In this document: positions 18,814-28,860 of the stretch, one piece after another
How the letters are laid out: each line of letters starts with the position of its first letter
Position numbering within the stretch: position 1 is the stretch's first letter
The notes under the pieces: generated by a model
Databases searched by the model: none
What the model was told of the DNA's origin: nothing
The model's input: only the letters and a program-made list of their open reading frames with translations
Translations under genes and position numbers: made by a program
Assembly: GCA_963796685.1 (NCBI GenBank)
Contig: CAWCMR010000025.1
Coordinates: 1,472,001-1,536,000 of the forward strand
Source: an uncultured delta proteobacterium
Lineage (GTDB): Bacteria; Myxococcota_A; Polyangia; Fen-1088
Direction of reading: 5' to 3'
DNA length: 64,000 nucleotides

Positions 18814-19685
18814 GTCACGTCTCCGTTTTCCTCGACGACCACGCCGGCCCGGCGCGCCGCCCAACACAGGTAGGCGATGGACACGAAGTAGCTGGCGGGC
18901 ACGCGGCCGAGCGTGCCGATCTTCACGCCGAGCAGCGTGGTTTTGCCGCCGAACCCCATGGGGCCGATGCCGAGCTGGTTGGCCTCGTCGAGCAGGCGCG
19001 TTTCCATGGCGTCCAGCTCGGGTTCGGGATTGTGGTCGTCGAGGTGGCGCAAGAGCTGGGTCTTGGCCTCGAGATACCCGGTGCCGCGATCGCCGCCCAA
19101 GCACACGCCGAGGATGCCGGGCCCGCAGCCCTTGCCCTGCGCCTGGTGAACGGCGTCCAGCACGACCCGCCGCGCGCCTTCCAGATTGCGATCCGCGCCC
19201 AGCCTGGTCTCGGGCAGCGAGTACTGGGCGCTGGTGTTTTCGCAGCCGCCCCCTTTGAGCAGAAGCTGAACCTTGGTCTCGGGGCGGTCCCATTCCTCGC
19301 AGTGCACGCTGGGGATGCTGGGGGCGGAGCCGTTGCCGGTGTTTCTGCCCGTGAGCGTATCGACGGCGTTTTCACGCAGCAGCTTCTTGGCCGTGGCCTG
19401 GCGAACCGCCTCGGCGCAGGCCTCGACGAGCACGCCGGTGGACACGCCCGCCGGGTGGTGAATCCAGAAGATGGGCACCCCGGTGTCCTGGCACATGGGC
19501 GCCGTGTCGGCGCACGCCAGCTCGGCGTTCTTCAAGATCGAATCCAGCGCCATGGCGGCCAGCGACCCCTCGGCCTCGCGGGCTCGTCCTTGGTGAATGG
19601 CGCGCGTCACGTCCTCGGGAAGCTGCGCCGTCGCCCGCGCAATGACATCCACGAGTAGTTTGGTCCACTTTTCGAGGTCCTTCAT
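18801..19685 (-). CDS. Class I fumarate hydratase / tartrate dehydratase alpha subunit
   Basis: PMCQDTG, KGGGCEN, GCGPG, GIGPMGFGGKTT, CWAARR. Confidence 0.9.
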   Translation of the reverse strand: MKDLEKWTKLLVDVIARATAQLPEDVTRAIHQGRAREAEGSLAAMALDSILKNAELACADTAPMCQDTGVPIFWIHHPAGVSTGVLVEACAEAVRQATAKKLLRENAVDTLTGRNTGNGSAPSIPSVHCEEWDRPETKVQLLLKGGGCENTSAQYSLPETRLGADRNLEGARRVVLDAVHQAQGKGCGPGILGVCLGGDRGTGYLEAKTQLLRHLDDHNPEPELDAMETRLLDEANQLGIGPMGFGGKTTLLGVKIGTLGRVPASYFVSIAYLCWAARRAGVVVEENGDVTWLS

Positions 19686-19804
19686 GACTGTGCTCACCGT
19701 CCAATCTAGCACCGTCCCATCCGAGCGGCGACCCGGTACCGCCGAAACCGGTCCGCAATGAAGTTCCACGCCGACCCACCGCAATCGGCTATCATGCCGC
19801 CGCT

Positions 19805-21481
19805 TTGTTGTCGGCAACTCGTTTCCCCTTTCGCTGGCGCGGCAGCTTCTGGCTGTTCGGCGCCATCGGGTTCTTGTACCTGTTTTCCACCAGCCGCGAA
19901 CGGCCGTGGGGCGACGCCACGCCCATCTGGGAAGTGGCTGACAACATCGTCCATGCGCACAACATCCACGCCAAGACGCGCTGGCCGATGGCCTTGCCGA
20001 ACGGCAAGGACGGAAAGCTGTACGGCCTGGCGCCGCTGCTTCAGTGCGCGATTCACATCCCCGGCGCCGCTTTGCAACGGGCGATCGCCGGACGTTGGCC
20101 GGCCTACTGGCAGATCTCCTGGCGATTCACTTCTCACCTTGCGCCCACCTTGCTCGGCACCTTGTCTTGCATTCTCTTCTTCGGTTTGTGCAGGCGGCTG
20201 GGCATGCGGCCGGTGCCCGCGGCGGCGTCCACCCTGGCGCTCGCCTTCGCCACATCGGTCTGGGTGTATTCGCGCTATCCGTACTCCGAAACGCTCCAAC
20301 TGGCATGCTTCACCGGGTTCTTCGCCAAGTTGCTCGACGTGCGCAAGGAGCCGACGTGGCGTCAAGCGGTGCTGCTGGGCGTGTGGGCCGGCTTGTTGGT
20401 CAACGCCAAACCGGTCTTTCTTCTCTCCGGAATCGGAGCCGGCCTATTTTTGATATGGGAATTGCGCCGCAACTGGCGGGCGCTTCTGCTTGTGGCCCTG
20501 GTCAGCGTGGCCGCCGCGTTTCCGTTCGGGGCCGCGTACCTCTACTACAACTACGTACGCTGGGGCAGCATCTACTCGACCGGTTATGGACTGGCCTTCG
20601 CGGGATCCGGGGTCTCGTCCGCGCCCGTGGGCGTTCTGCACGAATCGCCGTGGGTGGGTTTGTACGGAATGTTCTTCTCGCCGGGCAAGTCCATCTTCCT
20701 GTACTGCCCGCCCATCTTCTTGGCCCTGCTCGGGTTCCTACGCTTCTACAAGCGCTTTCGTTACGTCGTGCTGGCCATGGCGCTCACCATCTTCCCCGGG
20801 CTTTACCTGCACGCGCAGATGATCTCCTGGGCCGGCGATTACGCCTGGGGGCCCCGTTACATGACCTTCGCCCTCGCCGTGCTCCTGCTTCCGGCCGGAT
20901 TCCTCTTTCAGGACTTGCTCGACAAAGCCAGCTCGCTGCGCCGCACGGCGGGCATCGCGTTCTTCACGGCAGTTTGCGCTTTCGGCGTCGTGGTCACCTA
21001 CCTCGGCAACGCCATCTACTGGGATCATTTCATCCGCATCGAGACCGAGGCGACCCAGTACTGGCTGGGCGTGCCCAACCAGTCGGGCGACGGGGTCAGC
21101 ACGCCCGGCTTGCCCTGTCCGGTGTGTTTCGAGACCATCTATTCGCTGCAGTGGTTGCCGCCCTTCCAGCACATTCTCGGCAACTATTGGCTACTCAAGC
21201 ACCTACCCAAGAACGATTCGTGGGTGGTGGCCGAGCAGGACGCGCCCTGGCGCCGCTACACCAACCTGCGACTCGACATCCACGAAGGTTATGCCAGGGC
21301 GCGCGTCGACTGGTGGTTCATCGAGTATCGCAGCAGCTTCCCGGTCCTGGCGTGGACCCTGGTCATCCTGCTGCCCACCCTGAGCGCGCTCATGCTGCTG
21401 CTCTTTCTGCTCGAAATTCGCCGCGCCACGCGCGGCCTGTCTCAAGCTCCGCCCGAAGCCGTCTTGAGCGCCTCGACGTAG
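19805..21481 (+). CDS. Polytopic membrane protein, GT-C (ArnT/PMT-like) glycosyltransferase candidate
   Basis: Many TM helices; WGD, YSR.PYSE, SPGKSIFLYCP, WAGDYAWGPRY; start uncertain. Confidence 0.65.
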   Translation: MLSATRFPFRWRGSFWLFGAIGFLYLFSTSRERPWGDATPIWEVADNIVHAHNIHAKTRWPMALPNGKDGKLYGLAPLLQCAIHIPGAALQRAIAGRWPAYWQISWRFTSHLAPTLLGTLSCILFFGLCRRLGMRPVPAAASTLALAFATSVWVYSRYPYSETLQLACFTGFFAKLLDVRKEPTWRQAVLLGVWAGLLVNAKPVFLLSGIGAGLFLIWELRRNWRALLLVALVSVAAAFPFGAAYLYYNYVRWGSIYSTGYGLAFAGSGVSSAPVGVLHESPWVGLYGMFFSPGKSIFLYCPPIFLALLGFLRFYKRFRYVVLAMALTIFPGLYLHAQMISWAGDYAWGPRYMTFALAVLLLPAGFLFQDLLDKASSLRRTAGIAFFTAVCAFGVVVTYLGNAIYWDHFIRIETEATQYWLGVPNQSGDGVSTPGLPCPVCFETIYSLQWLPPFQHILGNYWLLKHLPKNDSWVVAEQDAPWRRYTNLRLDIHEGYARARVDWWFIEYRSSFPVLAWTLVILLPTLSALMLLLFLLEIRRATRGLSQAPPEAVLSAST

Positions 21482-21855
21482 CGCAGGCGCAGGTCGAAGA
21501 GCAAGCTCTCCAAGATCTGTCCTTCTTCGGCAGACAGGTTGCCCTTGGTCTTGTCCTCGAGCACCGTGAGCAGGTCGATGGCGTGCTTGGCCATGGGCAG
21601 GTTGCGCGGGGGCTTCTTGCCCTCGGGCTCATCCGATTGCCCAAGGTACATGACGGCCGAGCTGCCCAGCGAAAGCACCAAGGTGGCGAAATCGGCCGGC
21701 GGCAGCGAGCGGGATGACTCGGGCGTGGCCCGGGGAGGCGCCTCGGCAGGGGCCTCCGGGACCGCGGGCGGCTCTTGCTTGCGCTCGCCGCTCGGGTCGA
21801 ACGCGCGGCGGTCGGTCACGGTGAAGTTCCCTGTTTTTTGCTCGGAATCAGCCAT
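21442..21855 (-). CDS. DUF1844 family protein
   Basis: FTVTDRR, F.TLVLSL...A..YLG, AKHAIDLL..LEDKTKGNLS.EE..L. Confidence 0.85.
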   Translation of the reverse strand: MADSEQKTGNFTVTDRRAFDPSGERKQEPPAVPEAPAEAPPRATPESSRSLPPADFATLVLSLGSSAVMYLGQSDEPEGKKPPRNLPMAKHAIDLLTVLEDKTKGNLSAEEGQILESLLFDLRLRYVEALKTASGGA

Positions 21856-21908
21856 GCACGCAAGCGTACGCAGGTGTCGTCCCAGTTTCAACCCTGGGCT
21901 TCGGCCGC

Positions 21909-22088
21909 TCACCTCTCGGCGGCGGGTGGATTTTCCGGCTCGGGCGGGAGGGTGTTGTCGCTGGCGTCGGGCAGCGATTTCAGGAATCGCTCGTAGTCCT
22001 TGCGGGTGATCAGCCCGCGCTTGATGTTGCGCTCGACGGTGCGAAGATCGAACAATCGGACTTCCTTGACGTCTTCCTCACGGGTCAT
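21909..22088 (-). CDS. 59-aa small protein (not in the supplied ORF track)
   Basis: Hand translation MTREEDVKEVRLFDLRTVERNIKRGLITRKDYERFLKSLPDASDNTLPPEPENPPAAER; GC3-rich codons; fills the gap upstream of the DUF1844 gene. Confidence 0.72.
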   Translation of the reverse strand: MTREEDVKEVRLFDLRTVERNIKRGLITRKDYERFLKSLPDASDNTLPPEPENPPAAER

Positions 22089-22161
22089 GGAGGCAAGTGG
22101 TTAGCGAAGACCGGGGTGCAAGTCAAGGGGCGTGCGATGCTCCGACGGAGACCGGGCAGCC

Positions 22162-23403
22162 CTAGCGCCGCACGCGACGGGCCAAGGCGACCACGGGCGT
22201 GGTTGGACAGGCGGTCACGAGCTCGAGGGTGGCGAGGCCATTCAGGCTGCGTGCATCGTGACAAGACTTGCCGAAAAGGACCACGGAGGTGCCGCTGTCG
22301 CCGAAATCCCAGCCCTCCTGGTGCGATGTGTCTCGCGCGACCCGATGGTCGGACATCAGGACCGTGGCGCTGTCCGGCCACGTCACCACACCGGGCAAGG
22401 CGAAGCTGCAGCTCGTGGTTTGCTCGCCAAGCGTGCCGAGCGCGGCCACCAAATCGGTGGTGCCGTTGGCCGCGTAGTAGGCGGGTTGACCGGCCGCCGT
22501 GTTGGGCATTCCGCCGAGATTCGCCATGTCGATGAAGAGCTGCATGAGACCGTTGGGTTGGAGGTTGCCCGTGGCCGGGGGAAGGGCCACGGCGGCCACC
22601 GCCACGGGAATACCGAGGACGCTGGCCACGTGGGCCACGGTCTCCTTGCTGCGTGAATCGTCGGGGCTGGACGCGCCGTCGCACAGGGTGTCGCTGGCGC
22701 AGGTGGGCTCGCCGCCGGTCACCAGCACGATGTATTTCGACGTGCTGGTCCCGCGCGCGAGCAGAAAATTTGCCGCCTGCACCAGCGCCCGCGCGGTGGG
22801 CGTGCCGATCCCTGTCGGCGTGCCCTGCGCAAGCGTGGCGGCAATGACTTGCGTGGAGCCCAGGTCGGGAGCCACCTCGACGAGGGGCGTGAGATTGCTC
22901 GCCGGCATCTGGCAGCAAGCCGCGTCGCCGCTCGACTTGGGAAAGAGCATCACGCCCCACGCCGTCGCCCCCTGGCTGGCCAGGACCGCGCTCGCGACCG
23001 CCGCGACGGTGGTGCTCCATCTGCTCGTGCCGTCGGCGGCGATGGGCTCTGCCATGGTCGTGGATCGATCGATTATCAGCAACACTTCGGCGGGTCGCGG
23101 ATAAAGGGTGGTGGTGGCCAGCGAGCAAGTCGGGTCGGGCGACCCAGGCGGGACCGGAGAGCCCGCCTGGCCGCCGTCAACCACGGAGGCGTAGGCGGCG
23201 GCGTCGATCGTCAAGAACGTGGCCTGTGCGGCATCCAATTTGGCCGCAACGGCGCCTGCGTCGCGGCCTGGATTCGCACCGGTATTGCTCGCGCCGGTGC
23301 TGTAGGCACCGCAAGCCAAGAGGCAAGACGCTGCGGCCGGCAGCAATGCGCTTTGCCAACCCCGGTTGCCGCGCTGTGAATTGGAAACTGTCATCGGACC
23401 CAT
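22162..23403 (-). CDS. vWA-domain lipoprotein (degenerate MIDAS)
   Basis: Lipobox LLAC; LLIIDRSTTM, GTPT, VLVTGGEPTC (TDG replaced by TGG); C-terminal SC.F.L...GW.F...C module. Confidence 0.75.
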   Translation of the reverse strand: MGPMTVSNSQRGNRGWQSALLPAAASCLLACGAYSTGASNTGANPGRDAGAVAAKLDAAQATFLTIDAAAYASVVDGGQAGSPVPPGSPDPTCSLATTTLYPRPAEVLLIIDRSTTMAEPIAADGTSRWSTTVAAVASAVLASQGATAWGVMLFPKSSGDAACCQMPASNLTPLVEVAPDLGSTQVIAATLAQGTPTGIGTPTARALVQAANFLLARGTSTSKYIVLVTGGEPTCASDTLCDGASSPDDSRSKETVAHVASVLGIPVAVAAVALPPATGNLQPNGLMQLFIDMANLGGMPNTAAGQPAYYAANGTTDLVAALGTLGEQTTSCSFALPGVVTWPDSATVLMSDHRVARDTSHQEGWDFGDSGTSVVLFGKSCHDARSLNGLATLELVTACPTTPVVALARRVRR

Positions 23404-23485
23404 GAATCGCGCTGGTCTTTCTCATGCACGATGCCATGGCGAGAGGGCCAAGTCATCCGCTGCGGCCCGAGCTCGGTAGCCGCCG

Positions 23486-25291
23486 TCACAGTCGCTCGGC
23501 AAGCCCGGAGCTGCGGACTTCTTCTGCGGCAATGCCTGCCCGCCACTGCTCGAACCTGCCACAGACGACGACGCTCGTGCGTGCGCGCGACACGGCGGTG
23601 TAAAGGAGCTCGCGCGTGAGCAGGGGACACGCGAGCTCGGGCAAGATGAGCAGCACCTCGTCGAGCTCGGAGCCTTGCGCCTTGTGGATCGTGAGCGCGA
23701 ATCCGAGCTCGAGCGCGCCGGGCATGGCCCGCGGTTCCACGGCCTGCCACCCGCTGCGTGTGCGGAAGGCGACGACGACCGGGTCGCCCGGGCCGTGCAT
23801 GCGCACCGCGATGCCCTGGTCTCCGTTCCACAGGTCGCGCTCGTAATCGTTGCGCGACATCAGCACCGGCTCGCCGGGCAAGAACCATGGCCCGCCGCCG
23901 TGCAAATCGTGCAGGAAGGCGTTGCATCGCTCGACGCCGGTCTTGCGCCCGCGGGTTACGGCCAGGACGCGCGTCCGTGCCAGGTGCGCAACCAACTCGT
24001 CGAGTCGGTGGGCATCCTCCTCGGCGAAGATCCCGTCTTCCGCTACGTACCTGCGATCGACCAGGGAAGCCATGCGCGCGCTGTCGAAGTTGCGCCGGTG
24101 GTAGTCGCGGAGAAGATCCTCCAGGTGTTCGGGCGACAGCTGTTCGACGCCTTGTCTGAAAAGCTCGGCGGGGCCGTTACGAACGATGCACAGCCGGGTG
24201 GCCTCCTCGGTTTGCCCCGCCCGCACCGCCGCTGCCAGGTCGGCGATCCGCTTGCCCTCGGGCCGCGCGATGTCCGCGCGAAACCCGCGCTCGAGTCGAA
24301 CGCCGAATTGGCGCAGGTCGCGCAACACGGCTCCCGCTGCGATGGAAGGAAGCTGATCCGCGTCACCCAGGAGAATCAGCAAGGCGCCGTCCGGCAACAC
24401 GGCCAAGAGCTTGTCCATGAGCACGAGATCGATCATCGACGACTCGTCGACGATGACGGTCCGGAAGGGCAGGGGATCGCGCGCAGCGCGCAGAATGCCC
24501 CCTGGTCCGCGCCGGGCGCCGAGCAGCCGGTGCAGGGTTTGCGCCTTGGGACAGTCGTCGCGTAGAGCGCGGTCGCTTGGGGCGGGATTCTCCAGCGCCG
24601 AGAGTCGGGTGCGGAAATCGTCTTCGAGGCGGCTGGCCGCCTTGCCAGTGGGGGCGCACAGGGCGATGTCGGCGGGGGCCACGCCGAGGCGGACCAGGGT
24701 GCGCACCAGCGCCAGCGCGGTGGTGGTCTTGCCCGTGCCCGGGCCTCCGGAGATGACCCCGAGAGCATGGGCCAGCGCGTGCGCAACCGCAGCCTTCTGT
24801 TCCGCGCTGGGCGCGGGAGCACCCTCGGTGGCAACGTCACCGAGCGCGCGGGAGACGTCCTCGGCGGGGAAGGGCGCGGCCTGCCCGAAGAGAGTGGCGA
24901 GCCGCGAAGCCACCCGCGTCTCGCAGGCATGGTCCCGCTGCGTGTAGAGGTACTCTCCGTCGAGGACGAAGGGCGCGCGCCCGGCCGGCGGCTGGACGAG
25001 GTCCGGCACCTTGGCGAGAAGGCGGCGCTCGGGCTCCTCAACCGCAAGGCGCGTGCTGCCGAGGGACTGCGCCGCGAGCAAGCGACCCAAGAGCAGCATG
25101 AAGGTGTCGCGCTCGTCGGGCGCAAGGCCGCTTCCAAGCTGGGCCACCTGCCAGGCCAGGTAGAGGCTGCTCTCGTCGAGGTCGCTTTCGCGCGCGAGCT
25201 CGAGCAGGGAAGCCGGATAGGCCGGCCGAGCGGCGACGGTTTGGCGGCCGGTGCCGGTGGGCAGCAGAGTGGAGAGCCCCGGCCGTCTCAT
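23486..25291 (-). CDS. recD: Exodeoxyribonuclease V alpha subunit
   Basis: GGPGTGKTT, APTGKAA, TLHRLL, VDESSMID, GDADQLPS, NGDQG, TIHKAQGSE, LYTAVSRA; ATGA overlap with recB. Confidence 0.95.
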   Translation of the reverse strand: MRRPGLSTLLPTGTGRQTVAARPAYPASLLELARESDLDESSLYLAWQVAQLGSGLAPDERDTFMLLLGRLLAAQSLGSTRLAVEEPERRLLAKVPDLVQPPAGRAPFVLDGEYLYTQRDHACETRVASRLATLFGQAAPFPAEDVSRALGDVATEGAPAPSAEQKAAVAHALAHALGVISGGPGTGKTTTALALVRTLVRLGVAPADIALCAPTGKAASRLEDDFRTRLSALENPAPSDRALRDDCPKAQTLHRLLGARRGPGGILRAARDPLPFRTVIVDESSMIDLVLMDKLLAVLPDGALLILLGDADQLPSIAAGAVLRDLRQFGVRLERGFRADIARPEGKRIADLAAAVRAGQTEEATRLCIVRNGPAELFRQGVEQLSPEHLEDLLRDYHRRNFDSARMASLVDRRYVAEDGIFAEEDAHRLDELVAHLARTRVLAVTRGRKTGVERCNAFLHDLHGGGPWFLPGEPVLMSRNDYERDLWNGDQGIAVRMHGPGDPVVVAFRTRSGWQAVEPRAMPGALELGFALTIHKAQGSELDEVLLILPELACPLLTRELLYTAVSRARTSVVVCGRFEQWRAGIAAEEVRSSGLAERL

Positions 25292-28200
25292 CGCGAGAGC
25301 CCCCAAAAGCGCTGGCCGAGCATGTCCGTCTCCCAGGACAGAACCTCGTCCCAGGTCGGCTTCCAGAAATGGATCCCGACCGTGTTGCTCGCGCCCTCGT
25401 CGTTCGGGCGCTCGCTGCCCAGGCCGCGCAGAAAACAGAAGACCATGCCGCCAAAGCGTCGCGTGTACTCGGCGGGCGACCGGACATCGCACAGGCGCAG
25501 CGCCGCGATGGTGTAGATGCGCGTCTGCACGTCGTAGTTCTGTGCGCAGTGCCGGGCCAGCGTGTCTTGGTCGAATCTCGGCAGGACGTCGCTTTTCCAG
25601 TCGCACACGAACACGCGGCCATCGTGCTCGAAGAGCAGATCCACGAAGCCCTTCACCACGCCGCGCTCCACGGTCCACGTGCCGTCCCGCGGCCGTGACA
25701 GAAGGGGATGCGAAGGCTCGGGCATGGGGAAGAGAAACTCCACCTCGCGCAGGGCGATTTGCGCGGACGCCAGCCCGGCGATGACCGCGTCGCCCAGTCG
25801 TATCGGTGTGGTGTACGCTCGATGCACCAGCTTGGCGGCCAGGGGCACGTGGGCGGCGGGCCGCCCGTGCCGTCGGCCCATCCTTTCAAACAGACGCGCC
25901 ACCTTGGGCTTGGCGTACCAGTCGGCGAAACCTTTGGTGCCGGCCAGCTCGGCGAGCGCGACGGTGGCCAGAAGGTCGTGCAGGAAGATACCGGTGTCGG
26001 CGCCGCCCGGCAGCTCGTGCCCGGTGTCGGCTTGGCGGTCGTCTTCGCCAAGCGCAAGCTCGCCGGACAGGCGCGGGTCGGCCTCGACGCCGTCGAATTC
26101 GGCGCGCGCATGTTTGACCGCGGTGTAGGAGGTCACGGCGAACCCGCTGCGCTCGGCCCTGATGGCGGCCAGGTCGCCGGGCTCGCGGGCCGACGCCGAC
26201 CCCCGGGGCGAGAGCGCGGCTGGCCAAGGCGCAGGCGCGGGGAAAATGGCGCGCCCATGAACCGAATGGGCGGGGCAGATGCGCACGCTGAAAGGAGGGC
26301 AAGCGCGCTCGTGTCGCTCGCCGAGAAGGTCGGTCAGGCGCTGGTTGGCGCGCCGATACGGGCCGGTGAACATGTTGAGCTCGGGCGGATAGTGGGGAAG
26401 GTACAGACGGTAGCGGGCGCGAGTCAGGGCCACGTAGAGCAGGCGGCTGCGCTCGTCTTCTGTTTCTAGCGCGGCGAGACGCCTGGCGGTTTCGTCCGGC
26501 CGGCCCACCTGCAGCACGCGCTGGCCGCCGTCGTGCAGAAGGCGCACCGGTGGCCCGGATCTCCGTTCCCCGGTGCCGCCGTAGACGAACACCACGTCCG
26601 CCTCGAGTCCCTTGGCTTTGTGAACGGTCAGAATCTGGACTGCGTCCTTGTCGGTCTCCAGGCGCTGCAAGTCGCCCTCGCGGCCGGGTGGTTTCTGCGT
26701 GCCGTGGATGAAGGCATTCAGCAGATCCGCCAGCTCGGGCAGCGACGCGTGCGAGCGCGCCCATTGCGCCTGCAGCACCTCCAGCACGTGCATGACGTTG
26801 GTCAGGGTTCGTTCGCCGGCGTTGGCCAAGAGCTCGCGGCGGACGATGCCACTGTCGTCGATCATGGAGGCGAACAAGGCCGGAATGTGGCCCTTGCCGG
26901 CCAGGGTGGTGAAATGCTCGAGCAGGCGCAACGGCTCGGCCGATGCGCCGAGATCCAGGCACGAAGCCGCGCCGATCACGTCGAGGTCGAAGAATCGCGT
27001 GAGCAAGGCCTGCGCGCGCAAGCTGCGATCCGCGGGCGCGGCGATGGCGCGCAAGACCGACCGCACCTCCGCGGCCTCGGGTGACGCGAAGAGCTCGCCG
27101 AGCTTGTAGAACGCGAACGGAATGCCCGCGGCGGCGAGCGCGCGCCCGATGGCGTGGCTCTCGGCGTTGGTGAAGGTCAGGATGAACACGTCGCGGGCGC
27201 GCAGCCGGCGGTCGCCGTCGCCATGGCCGCGCAGGCGCAGCGGGCTCGCCGGGTCGAGCAGGACGCGCAGCTCCTCGACGATGGCGGTTTGCACCGTGGC
27301 GCGCGCGGCGGACGCGCGCAGCGGAGGCCTGCTGGCCGCAAGCCCGAACACGACCACGGGCGCGGCCGGGATCGTGGATCCATCGAGCCATTGCAGGTCG
27401 GCGCAGCCACAGCGCACGGGCTGGTCGTAGGTGATGCCGCCGTCGCGGCGAAAGAAATCCGCGGCCTGGTCGAAGATCAGATTGGTGGCCTCGATGAGGC
27501 CGGCGGTCGAGCGAAAGTTGCGATCGAGCACCAGGCGGCTACCGCCGGCGACCTGCAGGGCTTGCCTGGCCCCGAGGTAGGCGTGCACGTCCGCGCCGCG
27601 GAAGCCGTAGATGGCTTGCTTGGGATCGCCGATCACGGTGATGGCGTGCCCCTCCGACGACTCGACGAAGATGCGGCGGAAGATCGACCACTGGGTCTCG
27701 TCGGTGTCCTGGAATTCGTCGATGAGGGCGTGGCGGTAGCGGCGACGCAGGGCTTCGACGAGGGCACCGCCGGCGGGTCCCGGATCGGCAAGCGCCCTCG
27801 ACACCAGGTGCAGCATGTCGGAAAAATCGAACAAGCCGGCCCTGCGCTTGCGGCCGGATGCGCGCTCGCGGATGAGAGGGGAGAGCCGCTCGGCCAAGTA
27901 GGCTTCCAGGGGAACGGCGGCCTCCTGCAGGTCGCGAACCATGGCCACGAGGTCGGCCAGGCTCGCGCCATGGGGTGCCCCGAGAAGCCTGTCCAGCACG
28001 TAGCCGAGGCCCTCTTGCATGCGCGGCTCGTCGGGGAACTTCTGCATGGCTGCCAGCAGGTGCACGGGACTGCCAGCGCACGCGGCGATGAGCTCGGAGG
28101 CGCGGGCCAGCCGGGCGATGATGGACTTGATCGAGTGCCCGTGGATCTTGGCCAGCTTGAGACGACGCCCAAGCTGCTCGTCTTCGCCTGCCACCGGCCG

Positions 28201-28860
28201 CCACGCCGCCATGGCGGCGAACAGGCGAGCCCGGTCGAAGCGCGGGCGCAGCGCCGTGGCCTTCTCCGCGTCGCATTTGCGCAGCAACCCTTCCAGGGCG
28301 GCGATGGACCCGCCGCCACTCAGCCAGCCCGCGATGGCCGCGGCCAGATCCTCGTCATGGGCCACGTCGTTTCGCAACACCTCGTGGAACGCGTCGCCGA
28401 AGGCGGCCTCCTCGCCGATCAGCTCCTCGTCGAAGAACCGGCCCTGGACGAACGCGTGCTCGCGCAGGACGCCTTGGCAGAAACCGTGGATGGTGAAGAT
28501 GCTGGCCCGGTCGAAGCCGAGCAGGGCTTCTTCGAGGAGCTTCTTCGCCCGGTCGTCGATGAGCCAGCTCTCGCTGGCTGGCGCTTGCGCCGCCGCGATG
28601 GCCTTGGGGTCGTCCTTGCGCAGTCCGGCCAGACGGACTAGGAGCGCGCGCAAGCGGATCACCAATTCCGCGGTGGCCTTCTCGGTGAACGTGACCACCA
28701 GAATCTCCTCGCATGACAGACCCCGGGTCAGGATGAGGTCGACGAAGAGGTGTTCGAGCAGAAAGGTCTTGCCCGTGCCCGCCGAGGATTCCACCACGTG
28801 GTGTCCTCGGCCAAGTCGCCCAAGCTCCGCCGGTCGCGGATAACGCAGGGCCTGGCTCAC
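25288..28860 (-). CDS. recB: Exodeoxyribonuclease V beta subunit
   Basis: SAGTGKT, VTFTEKAT, TIHGFC, DEFQDTD, GDPKQAIYGFRGAD, KAKGLE, YVALTRA, nuclease KGFVDL..DWKS. Confidence 0.95.
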   Translation of the reverse strand: MSQALRYPRPAELGRLGRGHHVVESSAGTGKTFLLEHLFVDLILTRGLSCEEILVVTFTEKATAELVIRLRALLVRLAGLRKDDPKAIAAAQAPASESWLIDDRAKKLLEEALLGFDRASIFTIHGFCQGVLREHAFVQGRFFDEELIGEEAAFGDAFHEVLRNDVAHDEDLAAAIAGWLSGGGSIAALEGLLRKCDAEKATALRPRFDRARLFAAMAAWRPVAGEDEQLGRRLKLAKIHGHSIKSIIARLARASELIAACAGSPVHLLAAMQKFPDEPRMQEGLGYVLDRLLGAPHGASLADLVAMVRDLQEAAVPLEAYLAERLSPLIRERASGRKRRAGLFDFSDMLHLVSRALADPGPAGGALVEALRRRYRHALIDEFQDTDETQWSIFRRIFVESSEGHAITVIGDPKQAIYGFRGADVHAYLGARQALQVAGGSRLVLDRNFRSTAGLIEATNLIFDQAADFFRRDGGITYDQPVRCGCADLQWLDGSTIPAAPVVVFGLAASRPPLRASAARATVQTAIVEELRVLLDPASPLRLRGHGDGDRRLRARDVFILTFTNAESHAIGRALAAAGIPFAFYKLGELFASPEAAEVRSVLRAIAAPADRSLRAQALLTRFFDLDVIGAASCLDLGASAEPLRLLEHFTTLAGKGHIPALFASMIDDSGIVRRELLANAGERTLTNVMHVLEVLQAQWARSHASLPELADLLNAFIHGTQKPPGREGDLQRLETDKDAVQILTVHKAKGLEADVVFVYGGTGERRSGPPVRLLHDGGQRVLQVGRPDETARRLAALETEDERSRLLYVALTRARYRLYLPHYPPELNMFTGPYRRANQRLTDLLGERHERACPPFSVRICPAHSVHGRAIFPAPAPWPAALSPRGSASAREPGDLAAIRAERSGFAVTSYTAVKHARAEFDGVEADPRLSGELALGEDDRQADTGHELPGGADTGIFLHDLLATVALAELAGTKGFADWYAKPKVARLFERMGRRHGRPAAHVPLAAKLVHRAYTTPIRLGDAVIAGLASAQIALREVEFLFPMPEPSHPLLSRPRDGTWTVERGVVKGFVDLLFEHDGRVFVCDWKSDVLPRFDQDTLARHCAQNYDVQTRIYTIAALRLCDVRSPAEYTRRFGGMVFCFLRGLGSERPNDEGASNTVGIHFWKPTWDEVLSWETDMLGQRFWGLSR

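Noticed and set aside
18217-19685. Split fumarase as a gene-fission novelty
   Set aside because: Two-subunit class I fumarases / tartrate dehydratases are well known.
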